IMG/VR virus record: IMGVR_UViG_3300037501_000085
DNA: 44,335 nt
Direction: 5' to 3' (one strand)
Origin: a virus
Shown here: in pieces, positions 14,365 through 22,734 of the stretch
How positions within the stretch are numbered: the stretch's first letter is position 1
Layout of the letters: every line of letters starts with the position of its first letter
Program-made: the position numbers and the translations under genes
Notes under the pieces: generated by a model
Database searches by the model: none
What the model was told of the DNA's origin: nothing
The model's input: only the letters and a program-made list of their open reading frames with translations

Positions 14365-15587
14365 GTCCCGGAGGTTAGCAGAGTGATGTCACCCACGGCC
14401 AGAGTGACCTGTTCTCGGGGACCGATGACCAGATCGGTGTTGGCCGCTCCGTAAGGTGAGCCCGTATACTGGATATTGATGTAGGAGACGGCGACTACAC
14501 CAGCCAGGTCCATGAGGGTCTCTACATACTCGCTCCACCGGACCTTACCCCCTGGCTTCTGGACGGCCAGCACGCGATCGGCTAGAGCCTGTTTCGCGGC
14601 CGTGTCGCCCACGTACGTGGCCGCGTCGATCGTCAGGATCGTGTCCATCTTGATGGACCGGATCGTGGGCCGGGTGAAGGGGACGATGTGTGAGTCTCCG
14701 ACCGCATCCATGGCCGTCCCAGAGATCGAGCCGTAGGCCTGGATCCCGGCGGGTTTGGAATCCCAGATCACCTGGGCGATCACGGAGTTGGGCGTGGCCG
14801 CCGCGACTCCGTCATAGACCAGACACTCCAGGCTGTGCGGGGGGAGGCCCAGGACCGGATCGGTGAAATCCTGAACGTTCTCGAATACGGTGCACTCAAG
14901 GACGGGCTTGGTGCCCTCGTATGTCAGGGCCAGGAGGTCCGCCCGGATCGCGTCCACGGTCCCGGCCCCGGTCGCGCGTAGCTCCTCTTCCCGCCGCTCC
15001 CGGAGCTGGGCGTCCGTGTCCTCATCCGTCCCAGGGATCGCGTCCTGGGTGTTGGTGACAGAATTCCACCCCACGACCGGGGTGGCGATCACGGTTAGGG
15101 TCCCGGCATTAGCCAGGAATCCGGAGCCCGCGGTCTCGGCCTCCATCGTGACCAGGACGTTGGCCGGGCTCCCTCCCGAATTGGTGACGTCCTCGGTCGT
15201 GACCCAGCGGTTGGTCGGTTGGCCCACGACGTGGGCGACCGAGCCGGCCGGTAGGGTGGTCGTGGCGTTCAGGTTGACGGTCGCTTTGCGCGAGCCTGCT
15301 AGCTGCCCCTTGGTCGCCGGGGCTCGGAGGGTCCCGGTGAGAGCGCTCAGGGCCTCCAGGAGGAACCCCTCGGCTGCGTCTGGATCGCATCCCTGCCAGG
15401 CGATCAGGAGGGTCTCCCAGGCTTCCCTCAGGTGAGAGGCGAAAATTCCGTTCAGTTGCCCGATCGGGCCGTCTGGGTTTGTGTTCAGGAGGGGATCAAT
15501 TTCCGCCCTTTGCTCCTGGCTCAGATCAGCCAGGAGGTCCTCCACGGTCGGGATCTGGAGTCCGGCGGACGTGACATAGACGGCCAT
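14361..15587 (-). CDS. Baseplate J-like protein (P2 gpJ / Mu gp47 family)
   Basis: Start moved to ATG 15587 (MAVYVTSAGLQIPTVEDLLADL…). Its size (408 aa), sequence pattern and position after the gp25-like gene fit the family. Confidence 0.7.
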   Translation of the reverse strand: MAVYVTSAGLQIPTVEDLLADLSQEQRAEIDPLLNTNPDGPIGQLNGIFASHLREAWETLLIAWQGCDPDAAEGFLLEALSALTGTLRAPATKGQLAGSRKATVNLNATTTLPAGSVAHVVGQPTNRWVTTEDVTNSGGSPANVLVTMEAETAGSGFLANAGTLTVIATPVVGWNSVTNTQDAIPGTDEDTDAQLRERREEELRATGAGTVDAIRADLLALTYEGTKPVLECTVFENVQDFTDPVLGLPPHSLECLVYDGVAAATPNSVIAQVIWDSKPAGIQAYGSISGTAMDAVGDSHIVPFTRPTIRSIKMDTILTIDAATYVGDTAAKQALADRVLAVQKPGGKVRWSEYVETLMDLAGVVAVSYINIQYTGSPYGAANTDLVIGPREQVTLAVGDITLLTSGT

Positions 15588-15594
15588 GGGCACC

Positions 15595-16053
15595 TCAGGG
15601 CAAAATGAAGGGCTCGTCCTGAGCCACGATGATCGCACCGTTTTCTAGCTGGGCCTCGAAATCCATACTCAGGATCCGGGCCGGACGATCGAAATCCAGA
15701 GTGAAGGCCCGGACCGAGGCCACACCAGGGGTATCCAGGAGGGCCTGGCGGAACGTGTTCGTGATCAGGACAAGATCTGGATTTTTCACGAGAAATCGGC
15801 TGTAGTATGGCATGCCTAGCCGTTGATCCAGGAACCACTCCCCCAGGAAAAATCGGAACCTGGTCCGGATCCGCTGGGCTACGGCCTCGGCCCCGCGGAT
15901 GATCTGGGGCTGGGCCGGCAGGTCCCCGGTCAGGGAGTCCAGGCCCAGCTCGGCATACTGGAGGGGCTGAACGAATCCTACCTCGCCGGGCTGGGCCTCA
16001 GAGGGGATGACAGCCGGGGCCGTCGGGGCGAGGGTATAGGACCAGGTAATCAT
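15595..16053 (-). CDS. Baseplate wedge protein, gp25/GPW-like
   Basis: RIRTRFRFFLGEWFLDQRLGMPYY is the motif typical of gp25-like baseplate proteins. Confidence 0.65.
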   Translation of the reverse strand: MITWSYTLAPTAPAVIPSEAQPGEVGFVQPLQYAELGLDSLTGDLPAQPQIIRGAEAVAQRIRTRFRFFLGEWFLDQRLGMPYYSRFLVKNPDLVLITNTFRQALLDTPGVASVRAFTLDFDRPARILSMDFEAQLENGAIIVAQDEPFILP

Positions 16054-16481
16054 GCCTCGTTCGCGTCCTGGTCCAGGGCCCGGACTCGGATCGTGGGGGC
16101 CGAGATCCAGCCCCCGCCCCGGGTCAAGGTGAAGGAAAATCCGTTGGTTATTGCGGTCTTAGCCCCGGTATAGGGGTACAGGAACCCCTCCAGATCCGTG
16201 TAGGCCACTTCCCGGATCTGGGCTTGATCGATCTGGATCTCGAGCAGGCCCAGGCCTGGGGCCAGGTCCGTGACCTGGCACGTGATCGAATCGTAGGGTC
16301 CGAGCTGGCTCCCTGCTGTGGGGGAGATCCCAGACACGACCGGGGCCGTGGCGTCCTTCCCTGCACCTCCCAGGATCCCCTGAGAGAATATAAATACCCA
16401 GGAATTTTGTGCTTCGCAGGACTCGATCGGGCCCTGCGAAGCAGTGAAAGACCAAGAATCCTGAGCCTGAAACTCGGCCAT
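16050..16481 (-). CDS. Hypothetical baseplate-module protein (143 aa)
   Basis: ATGA overlap with the downstream gene. DATAPVVSGISPTAGSQLGPYDSITCQVTD suggests an Ig-like fold. No family assigned. Confidence 0.5.
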   Translation of the reverse strand: MAEFQAQDSWSFTASQGPIESCEAQNSWVFIFSQGILGGAGKDATAPVVSGISPTAGSQLGPYDSITCQVTDLAPGLGLLEIQIDQAQIREVAYTDLEGFLYPYTGAKTAITNGFSFTLTRGGGWISAPTIRVRALDQDANEA

Positions 16482-16483
16482 GA

Positions 16484-17440
16484 TCAGACTGAGGGGACGG
16501 TCCCGTCCCAGGGTAGGCTAATGTCAGCCATCACGATCCTGTCTCGGGTGGTGGAGACGGTCAGGGTATCACCTGTAGTCCTGGACGTGCCGGTCCATCG
16601 GAGCAGGCTCGATTGGCCCTTGAACCCGGGATTGGCGAGGGCCGATCGCCTCGCGTAAATGGCCGGAAATCTTTCATCTTTCGCGTTTATGGGATTGGTC
16701 GGTAGCGCATTGGGTGAGACATCTCCGGATCCCGTGGCGTAACGACACGTGGGCCAATGCACATACGAGGATCCAGGAGAGGCGGAAATGATCTGACTCC
16801 AGGCTGCTCGGGAGGTAGCCGCGCCCGCCTCATTTTGTAGCGCTGCGAGACTGAGTTGAGACTGTCCGGAAACCCCAACCAGGAATATATAGATATCCGC
16901 GTCCGTGGCTGTCGTATCCAGTAGCGGATCCAGGATCAGGACAGCTTGAGGGGCCCCCCCGCCTGTCGGGAATGCTACGGCCCACCAGCCATACGGGCTT
17001 GCCCCGTCCGAGGCACAATTCCATCGGTAGGTTCCGTCGGCCGCGAAAAGACTGGAGAATGTGGGCGATGCATCCGTGCCCGCTCCGATCGCGATCAGTT
17101 CGTCGGTGGCACTAGGGGTCTGCGTCGTTCCAGGAGACCCTCCTGTAAATCCTGCGGTTCGTGACCGCTTGATGCGCCAGACCAGATTCGTGGTGCCCCT
17201 TTGACAGGTAAATTCTTGCGATCCTGCTCCGGCCGGGCTCCGGATCCGGAACCAGGCGGAGTTATTGGCCATTCCGCCGGCCCCGGATCCAGCGGAGGAG
17301 ATTTGATCTCCTGAGGCGTTGTACGTGGTCCCGTCTGAGGAACTCTGGACCGTCCAACCCTGCAATTTCAATAGGGTTTTTAGGTTGAAGATGGCCTCGG
17401 CTCCAGTGGCCGGCGTCGATTTGTTGAACGAAAACGCCAT
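16484..17440 (-). CDS. Hypothetical Ser/Thr/Gly/Ala-rich protein (318 aa) in the baseplate module
   Basis: Tightly packed between the spike gene and the 143-aa ORF. The nucleotide composition is visibly less GC-rich than its neighbours. No family recognised. Confidence 0.55.
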   Translation of the reverse strand: MAFSFNKSTPATGAEAIFNLKTLLKLQGWTVQSSSDGTTYNASGDQISSAGSGAGGMANNSAWFRIRSPAGAGSQEFTCQRGTTNLVWRIKRSRTAGFTGGSPGTTQTPSATDELIAIGAGTDASPTFSSLFAADGTYRWNCASDGASPYGWWAVAFPTGGGAPQAVLILDPLLDTTATDADIYIFLVGVSGQSQLSLAALQNEAGAATSRAAWSQIISASPGSSYVHWPTCRYATGSGDVSPNALPTNPINAKDERFPAIYARRSALANPGFKGQSSLLRWTGTSRTTGDTLTVSTTRDRIVMADISLPWDGTVPSV

Positions 17441-17441
17441 C

Positions 17442-18071
17442 TTATTCTGCCTTTACCTTGGCCGCGGCCACGGCCGCGGGGACGTAAGGGGTCCCGTACG
17501 TGACAGGGAGGGACGAGCCATCCAGGGCCGTGGAGAGGGTTATCTGGATTTTTTGTAATTCTGTCAGCACCTTAGCTGCGAGTGCGACATATTCGACTGC
17601 GCCCAGGCCCAGGCGGATTTCCGTGCCCTCCACGATCAGGGCCGGCTGGGAGGCCTGGGCCAGGGGGGTCGTAGCCGGGGCCAGGCATGGGATGGCCATG
17701 GCCGAGCCTAGGTGGTGGAGTCGGAGGTCCCCGGGGTCGGAGGGCTGGCCCGAGGTCCTCCAGGCCTGGGGGCTGAGGGTCGCGATTACTAGGAGGACGT
17801 GATCGCCGGGCTGGAGGGGCCAGGTGATGGCGTAGCCCCCTCCTCTGGGGAACAGCACGGGCACGTTGGGCAGGACGGGCAGATCCTCATGGATCGGGGG
17901 CTCCTCCTCGTCTGCCTGCGGAACGGGCCGGCGGACGGTCGGGAGTACGTCCGCGGTCTGGGTCGCGGAGTCGTACGACTCCACCCGACCGGGGAGACAC
18001 GTCCACACGTCCGAGATCCGAGACTCGAGGGCTCGGCGGATGATCTCGGCCTGGCTGGGGACGGAGGGCAT
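17442..18071 (-). CDS. Baseplate central spike protein (gpV / Gp138-N-like)
   Basis: GRVESYDSATQTADVLPTV…LPVLPNVPVLFPRGGGYAITWPLQPGDHVLLV…LRLHHLGSAMAIP matches the recalled gpV/gp138 N-terminal OB-fold pattern. Confidence 0.65.
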   Translation of the reverse strand: MPSVPSQAEIIRRALESRISDVWTCLPGRVESYDSATQTADVLPTVRRPVPQADEEEPPIHEDLPVLPNVPVLFPRGGGYAITWPLQPGDHVLLVIATLSPQAWRTSGQPSDPGDLRLHHLGSAMAIPCLAPATTPLAQASQPALIVEGTEIRLGLGAVEYVALAAKVLTELQKIQITLSTALDGSSLPVTYGTPYVPAAVAAAKVKAE

Positions 18072-18073
18072 GG

Positions 18074-18904
18074 CTAATACCTACGGGCCTCCAGATCGAT
18101 GTACCAGTCTGAGCCGTGCGTGTCACCCACGTGTGTGGTGGACTCGATCCGATATTGGCCCTTCAGCCGCTCGCTATCCAGGACCAGGAGCCGGCCCGGG
18201 AACACGTCCGGGGCCATTAGCATCCGGGCGGACAGGACCCCGGCATTATCCACGCTCGGGGAGTCCACGAGGCCCGTACTCGGACTCAGGAGGACCGCGG
18301 CCCCGGCCAGGGCCGTAGCCAGGGGGAGGAGCTGGAGCTTGCCATCCTGGATGGACCAGGTCAGCCCGAGCGATCGGCACAGATGGGTCATCTCCCGGGC
18401 CGCGTTCCCGGTCAGGACCGTGCCTTGGGCGAAGAGCTGGCCAACCGTCGAGAATTTCAGGGTTTTTGTGGCGTCCGCCAGGTTGCCCTCGCCTACCCCG
18501 AGGGCCCGGGCCACATCCCGGAGAACTACATCCGCGCTGGTCTGCTTCCGGACCGAGACTGAGACCCGGGCCGAGCGGATTTGTTTCTCACCGTCTCCGG
18601 CCCCGAGCGAGGTCACGAGGTCCGGGCCGTCCCGGACCGTAAGGGCGGTCCGGAGAGTGCCCAGGAACAGGGTGGAGGACCCCGCCTCGTATCCCGCGTC
18701 GAGTTGGACCGGGACCTCCTGGAGTTGCTCCAGCTGTGCTCGGGAGGCCTCGGACAGATTGTAGACCGAGATTTCCGCCTTATTTGGTTCTGGTTTCAAG
18801 GACTTAGCCACGGAGAACGTGACCCGGAGCCCGGTCACGTTCAGGGTCCCGACCACGAGCCGAACGGACCGGAGGAACAGGGGGACGGGTGCTGCCGAGG
18901 TCAT
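18074..18904 (-). CDS. Baseplate hub protein (Mu gp44 / P2 gpD-like position)
   Basis: Start moved to ATG 18904 (MTSAAPVPLFLRS…, ATGA overlap). It is 276 aa and sits immediately before the spike gene. Confidence 0.55.
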   Translation of the reverse strand: MTSAAPVPLFLRSVRLVVGTLNVTGLRVTFSVAKSLKPEPNKAEISVYNLSEASRAQLEQLQEVPVQLDAGYEAGSSTLFLGTLRTALTVRDGPDLVTSLGAGDGEKQIRSARVSVSVRKQTSADVVLRDVARALGVGEGNLADATKTLKFSTVGQLFAQGTVLTGNAAREMTHLCRSLGLTWSIQDGKLQLLPLATALAGAAVLLSPSTGLVDSPSVDNAGVLSARMLMAPDVFPGRLLVLDSERLKGQYRIESTTHVGDTHGSDWYIDLEARRY

Positions 18905-19245
18905 GTCACGGTCTGGGGGAAATACAGGAGTCGGACTCGACGGCCGAGATCGTAAAATCCGGGGGGGCTGGTGTCCGGAGAGAAACTCTGGGCGATCAGG
19001 GGCCCGGGCGGGGCCTCTGGGGCGACCAGTCGACGGAGGAGAGGCCAATTACTCACGATCTTGACCCCCCTCATGAGCTGGATCCCGTCTACGGTCTCCA
19101 GGCTGAGATACCACCGGCCCTCCCGGCCGTTCCAGTCCAGACGGATCAGATACTCCCGGCCGTCGAGCGTAGTCCGCTCGTCCCAGAGAGGTGTGTCCAG
19201 GGCGATCGGGATCTCGATCGGGTCCGTGATCTGGATCGTCGTCAT
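18901..19245 (-). CDS. Small baseplate-module protein (114 aa)
   Basis: ATGA overlaps on both sides. …GREYLIRLDWNGREGRWYLSLETVDGIQLMRGVKIVSNWPLL… resembles recalled small baseplate plug-type proteins. Confidence 0.45.
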   Translation of the reverse strand: MTTIQITDPIEIPIALDTPLWDERTTLDGREYLIRLDWNGREGRWYLSLETVDGIQLMRGVKIVSNWPLLRRLVAPEAPPGPLIAQSFSPDTSPPGFYDLGRRVRLLYFPQTVT

Positions 19246-19937
19246 AGGACCCCCGCCCCCTCCAGGAGCTTCAGGGCGAGGCTCTTACTCGAGACGGCCT
19301 CGGGGCCCGTCACCGGCTTGGTGGCCTGGGCCCCCTTCTGGACCTTCGGACTTCCTCGTGGTTCTACGGGTTTAGGTGCCTCGACTGTGGCCGTCTGGAT
19401 GACCCGGATCTGGACGAGATCGATCTCGAAGGAGGCCCCCCCGGGCTCGTCCCGGGGGAGACCGACGCGGGAGATCACCAGATCGGTGTACTCCAGGGTG
19501 GAGGAGATCAGACGGAGCAGGGTCGCGGCCAGACGGAGCCGGGTAAGCTGTTGCTGGACCTCCAGGATCCGATCGAATGGCTGATCGAACGTGAGGATGG
19601 TCGGCTGGGGTGGTGGACTCGGGGAAAGATCTTGGCCCAGGGCCCGGAACGCGGACCCGGGTGTGGGCTCGGGTGGGGGTGTGTAGGTCGGGATGGACAC
19701 GGACACGGTCCCCTCCAGGCCCCGGTCCTGGAAGATGTCCCGTTCCAGGGGTGTGTTGGTCACGTAGCCTTGGAGACTCACGGTCAGGGGATTTGGTCTG
19801 ACGTGATCCACGACGTTGACCCCGGTCTCGACCGGGTGACTCGTGATCTCCGAGGTCTCTTCATAGACCTCACTAAGGGTCAGATCGAAATAGACGATAT
19901 CCGTGGGATCCGTCTGAGAGATCAGGAACACGGCCAT
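19242..19937 (-). CDS. Tail-tip/baseplate protein following the tape measure (Mu gp43-N / distal-tail-like)
   Basis: The motif EITSHPVETGVNVVDHVRPNPLTVSLQGYVTNTP and its position directly after the tape measure gene. Confidence 0.5.
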   Translation of the reverse strand: MAVFLISQTDPTDIVYFDLTLSEVYEETSEITSHPVETGVNVVDHVRPNPLTVSLQGYVTNTPLERDIFQDRGLEGTVSVSIPTYTPPPEPTPGSAFRALGQDLSPSPPPQPTILTFDQPFDRILEVQQQLTRLRLAATLLRLISSTLEYTDLVISRVGLPRDEPGGASFEIDLVQIRVIQTATVEAPKPVEPRGSPKVQKGAQATKPVTGPEAVSSKSLALKLLEGAGVL

Positions 19938-19940
19938 GGG

Positions 19941-21581
19941 CTAGACCGTGGCCTCCAGGGCCGCGAGCATGGCCCGGCGCTCGTCGGATAGAGCCTGGGA
20001 CACACCCGAGCGGACAGCGTTGGCGAGGTCTTGGCCCGGGCCCATCCCCACAGATACCGTGATCTGATTCCGTTGGTCTACCCGGGCCCCGCCTGAGCTG
20101 GGACCAGTCCTGGCCGAGGGGACGGCCGGGGCGAAGGCCTCGGACGTGGCAGCTTGGATCCCTGGAGCCCCCGAGGCCAGGCCCAAAATGAGGCCCTGAT
20201 CGATGTCTCGGCCCAGTTCGAACATGACCCGGCTCGGGGACTTGGCCGCGAAAATGTCCTTGAGTGGCTCCTTCACCCCACCTGTAGCCAGATTAATGGC
20301 CGCGGTCTTGACTCGATCCACGCCCGCTTGGAGCCCATTTACCAGCCCATCGATCAGGCTAGTAATCGCCTCGTCTGCGATCCGTGTAAATTCCGCCTGG
20401 AGTGTAGATAGCGGACCAAGAATTGTCTGGAGGATTGAATCAATAACGCCCCGTTTTTCTTCTGGATTTAAACTGGCCCAAAATATGCTAACAGCCTCGG
20501 GGATGTCCTGGGCGAAGAACCGGACGAGGCTCTCTCCCACCTGACTGAAGGCCTCCTCCACCTTCGCGCCCACGCCCGGGATCTCGGCCAGAGTCTTGGT
20601 CAGGTCCTGGAAATCCTCCCTCATATCGCGGGCGATCTGGGCCGCGTCTTCGGCACCGAAGATGGTCTCGAGGAGTTTGCCGAAGGCACTTTCTCCACCC
20701 TCGAAGAACGTGATCAGATCGTCCACGATCAGGATCAGGGCTGCCAGGAGGACGGCCAGGGGAATGAAACGAGCGTACAGTTTGATCACGCTCGCGGCCC
20801 CGGCCGTCCCGAGGACCACGAGTGCGGCCCGGAAAATGTTGGTCCCCTGGGTAGTCTTGGTCAGGGTGCCTAAGGCCTTCGTGAGGAAGGCCAAGAGCTG
20901 GTTGATCGCCGGGAACAGGGAGACGGCTAACCTGGATTTCAGGCTCAAGATCGCGAAATTCCACTCGTCTGTCCGGTCCCCGGCCTCACCAAGAACCTCT
21001 AGGGCCTCCCCGGACAGGCCCCCGCCTAGCTCGTCGACCTTGGCCAGGAGCTTATCTACGCCCTCCCCTCCCTGGGCGAAAATGGGGGCGAGTTTGGTCC
21101 CGCTCTTGCCCAGGATATCCATGGCCGCTGCCGTGCGTTCGGCCTCCGAGGGCAGGCTAGCGATGGCCACGCCCACGTCTCGGAGCACGTCCGTGCTCGG
21201 ACGCAGGTTGCCCGAGGCGTCTTTGACCGATACCCCTAGGGCATCAAATTTTGCCGCCCCGTCCACCATGTTCCGCTGGAGGACCCGGATCCCGGCTGAG
21301 AGATCCTGGGCCTCGGCCCCGGAGAGCTTGGCTGCTAGCTGCCAGCGCTGGAGGGCATCCGCCGAGACTCCGAGCTGAGCGGATGTGTCGATCAGGGCGT
21401 CGGCCGCGCCGATCAGCTCTCCAGCGAAGCTCTGGATCCCGGAGATCAGGGCCCCGCCGATCAGGAGGCCACCCACCTCCTTCAGCCGATTTGAGAATGA
21501 ATCTACGGCCTTACCAGCACCCTGGAGCTTTTTGTCGTCGACCTGGAACCCAAAGCTAGCGAGGACTTCTCGGAGTGCCAT
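19941..21581 (-). CDS. Tail tape measure protein
   Basis: 546 aa and Ala/Gly/Leu-rich (helical-looking), with a hydrophobic central segment (ALVVLGTAGAASVIKLYARFIPLAVLLAALILIV). It follows the frameshifted chaperone pair. Confidence 0.8.
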   Translation of the reverse strand: MALREVLASFGFQVDDKKLQGAGKAVDSFSNRLKEVGGLLIGGALISGIQSFAGELIGAADALIDTSAQLGVSADALQRWQLAAKLSGAEAQDLSAGIRVLQRNMVDGAAKFDALGVSVKDASGNLRPSTDVLRDVGVAIASLPSEAERTAAAMDILGKSGTKLAPIFAQGGEGVDKLLAKVDELGGGLSGEALEVLGEAGDRTDEWNFAILSLKSRLAVSLFPAINQLLAFLTKALGTLTKTTQGTNIFRAALVVLGTAGAASVIKLYARFIPLAVLLAALILIVDDLITFFEGGESAFGKLLETIFGAEDAAQIARDMREDFQDLTKTLAEIPGVGAKVEEAFSQVGESLVRFFAQDIPEAVSIFWASLNPEEKRGVIDSILQTILGPLSTLQAEFTRIADEAITSLIDGLVNGLQAGVDRVKTAAINLATGGVKEPLKDIFAAKSPSRVMFELGRDIDQGLILGLASGAPGIQAATSEAFAPAVPSARTGPSSGGARVDQRNQITVSVGMGPGQDLANAVRSGVSQALSDERRAMLAALEATV

Positions 21582-21852
21582 GGTGGTGTGCCTGCTCTCG
21601 TGCTCGTCTCTCGGCGTCCTCTAGGGCGTCCAGGACCAGGTGGGCATCCAGGACATCGTCCAGGCTCCAGGACTCGGATAGGTCCCGGAGGGTGACGTGG
21701 ATCCTACCACACGTCAGTATCCGCCACAGGAACCAGTCTACCCCTTCGGGGACGGGGACTCGGACGGAGCCCGGCGGAGGAGGCCGCCGAGGCCTTCCCC
21801 CGCCGCGTCGAAAAAATCCGAGTAGTTGACCTGGATCGCGAACGCGAGCCAA
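21556..21852 (-). CDS. Tail assembly chaperone extension (T-like), reached by a -1 frameshift from 21738..22199
   Basis: This -1 frame ORF overlaps the 3' end of the chaperone gene and has no convincing start of its own. After slippage the reading continues FF-RRGGGRPRRPPPPGSVRVPVPEGVDWFLWRILTCGRIHVTLRDL…. Confidence 0.65.
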   Translation of the reverse strand: MARVRDPGQLLGFFRRGGGRPRRPPPPGSVRVPVPEGVDWFLWRILTCGRIHVTLRDLSESWSLDDVLDAHLVLDALEDAERRAREQAHHHGTPRSPR

Positions 21853-22199
21853 CCGATCATGCTCGAGTAGCGGCCCCGGAAATGGGTGTCGAAGATCGGG
21901 CTCAGATCCTGGGGCAGGGTCCCGGCCCCGGCCACGGTTTGGGTTGGGAGCAAGACCTTGGTCGAGGCCGCGAAAGCCTCACACAGGCCGTCCAGGTCGT
22001 CCGCGGTCACGGACCTGGCTAGGCCTCCGAGGGCCGCGGCCAGGCTCTCTTCGGCCCCTCCCTTCCCGGCTTTGGCTAGGTCGGCCATGGCCGGGCCGAT
22101 AGCCCGGAACAGGGTCACGAGGACTCGGCGGCCCTGCCGGGCTCCGAGTTGGGTCACCTGGTAGGTGTAGTCCCCGATTGTTTTGCTCTGCGTCTCCAT
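21738..22199 (-). CDS. Tail assembly chaperone (G-like, zero-frame product)
   Basis: 153 aa between the tube and tape measure genes. It contains the slippery site near its 3' end. Confidence 0.7.
   Translation of the reverse strand: METQSKTIGDYTYQVTQLGARQGRRVLVTLFRAIGPAMADLAKAGKGGAEESLAAALGGLARSVTADDLDGLCEAFAASTKVLLPTQTVAGAGTLPQDLSPIFDTHFRGRYSSMIGWLAFAIQVNYSDFFDAAGEGLGGLLRRAPSESPSPKG
21810..21816 (-). other. Slippery heptamer T_TTT_TTC for a programmed -1 ribosomal frameshift
   Basis: The minus strand reads GAT TTT TTC in the zero frame (D F F), giving X_XXY_YYZ = T_TTT_TTC, inside the overlap of the two chaperone ORFs. Confidence 0.65.
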
Positions 22200-22211
22200 G
22201 CGCCTCCCTCT

Positions 22212-22294
22212 ATCCGGCCCCCCAGTGAGAGCCCGTCCTACGCTCGGGAGGGGGGCGTCCTCGCGCCAGACGGGCCCTCACTCCGAGGCCGGAT
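22212..22294 (-). terminator. Long imperfect stem-loop between the tube and chaperone genes (attenuator/terminator or mRNA-processing structure)
   Basis: atccggcc (22212-22219) pairs with ggccggat (22287-22294). agtgagagcccgtc (22224-22237) pairs with gacgggccctcact (22269-22282) with one mismatch. The structure starts at the tube stop codon. No U-tract follows. Confidence 0.3.
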
Positions 22295-22734
22295 CAGTTG
22301 CCTCCGTCGAACCGCTCCCCCCGGTCGGCCATGATGATCCACTCCCGATCCGTGGCGTCGGCCGTGTACTCCACCGTTGCGGGGGGGCCTTCTAGCCAGG
22401 CCGCCGGGGCGGAAAAGATGCTCAGACCCTGCCGATCCCGGATCAGGACGGGACCCACCCCGGCCCCGTTGCTCGCCAGGCGGTCCACGTTGGAGAATGT
22501 GGACAGGATAGCGTTGGCTGGGGAAGTCTGGAGTAAGGTCACGGTGATCTTGGTCAGCCGCTTGTTTGTCTTGCTCCGGGCTACACTCCCATCCGTCCCC
22601 TCCTTCGTGACGAAATCCGGGGTGAGCTGCTCGATCTTGATCGCCCCGCCCTCGCCGAATCCCCCCTCGATCGGGACCCCCAGGAAGACCAGGGAGATTT
22701 CATTCAGATCGTAGATTTTGGTCGGATCGCTCAT
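22294..22734 (-). CDS. Tail tube protein
   Basis: 146 aa directly downstream of the sheath gene (ATGA overlap). YDLNEISLVFLGVPIEGGFGEGGAIKIEQ… resembles the recalled DUF3277-type tube family. Confidence 0.7.
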   Translation of the reverse strand: MSDPTKIYDLNEISLVFLGVPIEGGFGEGGAIKIEQLTPDFVTKEGTDGSVARSKTNKRLTKITVTLLQTSPANAILSTFSNVDRLASNGAGVGPVLIRDRQGLSIFSAPAAWLEGPPATVEYTADATDREWIIMADRGERFDGGN

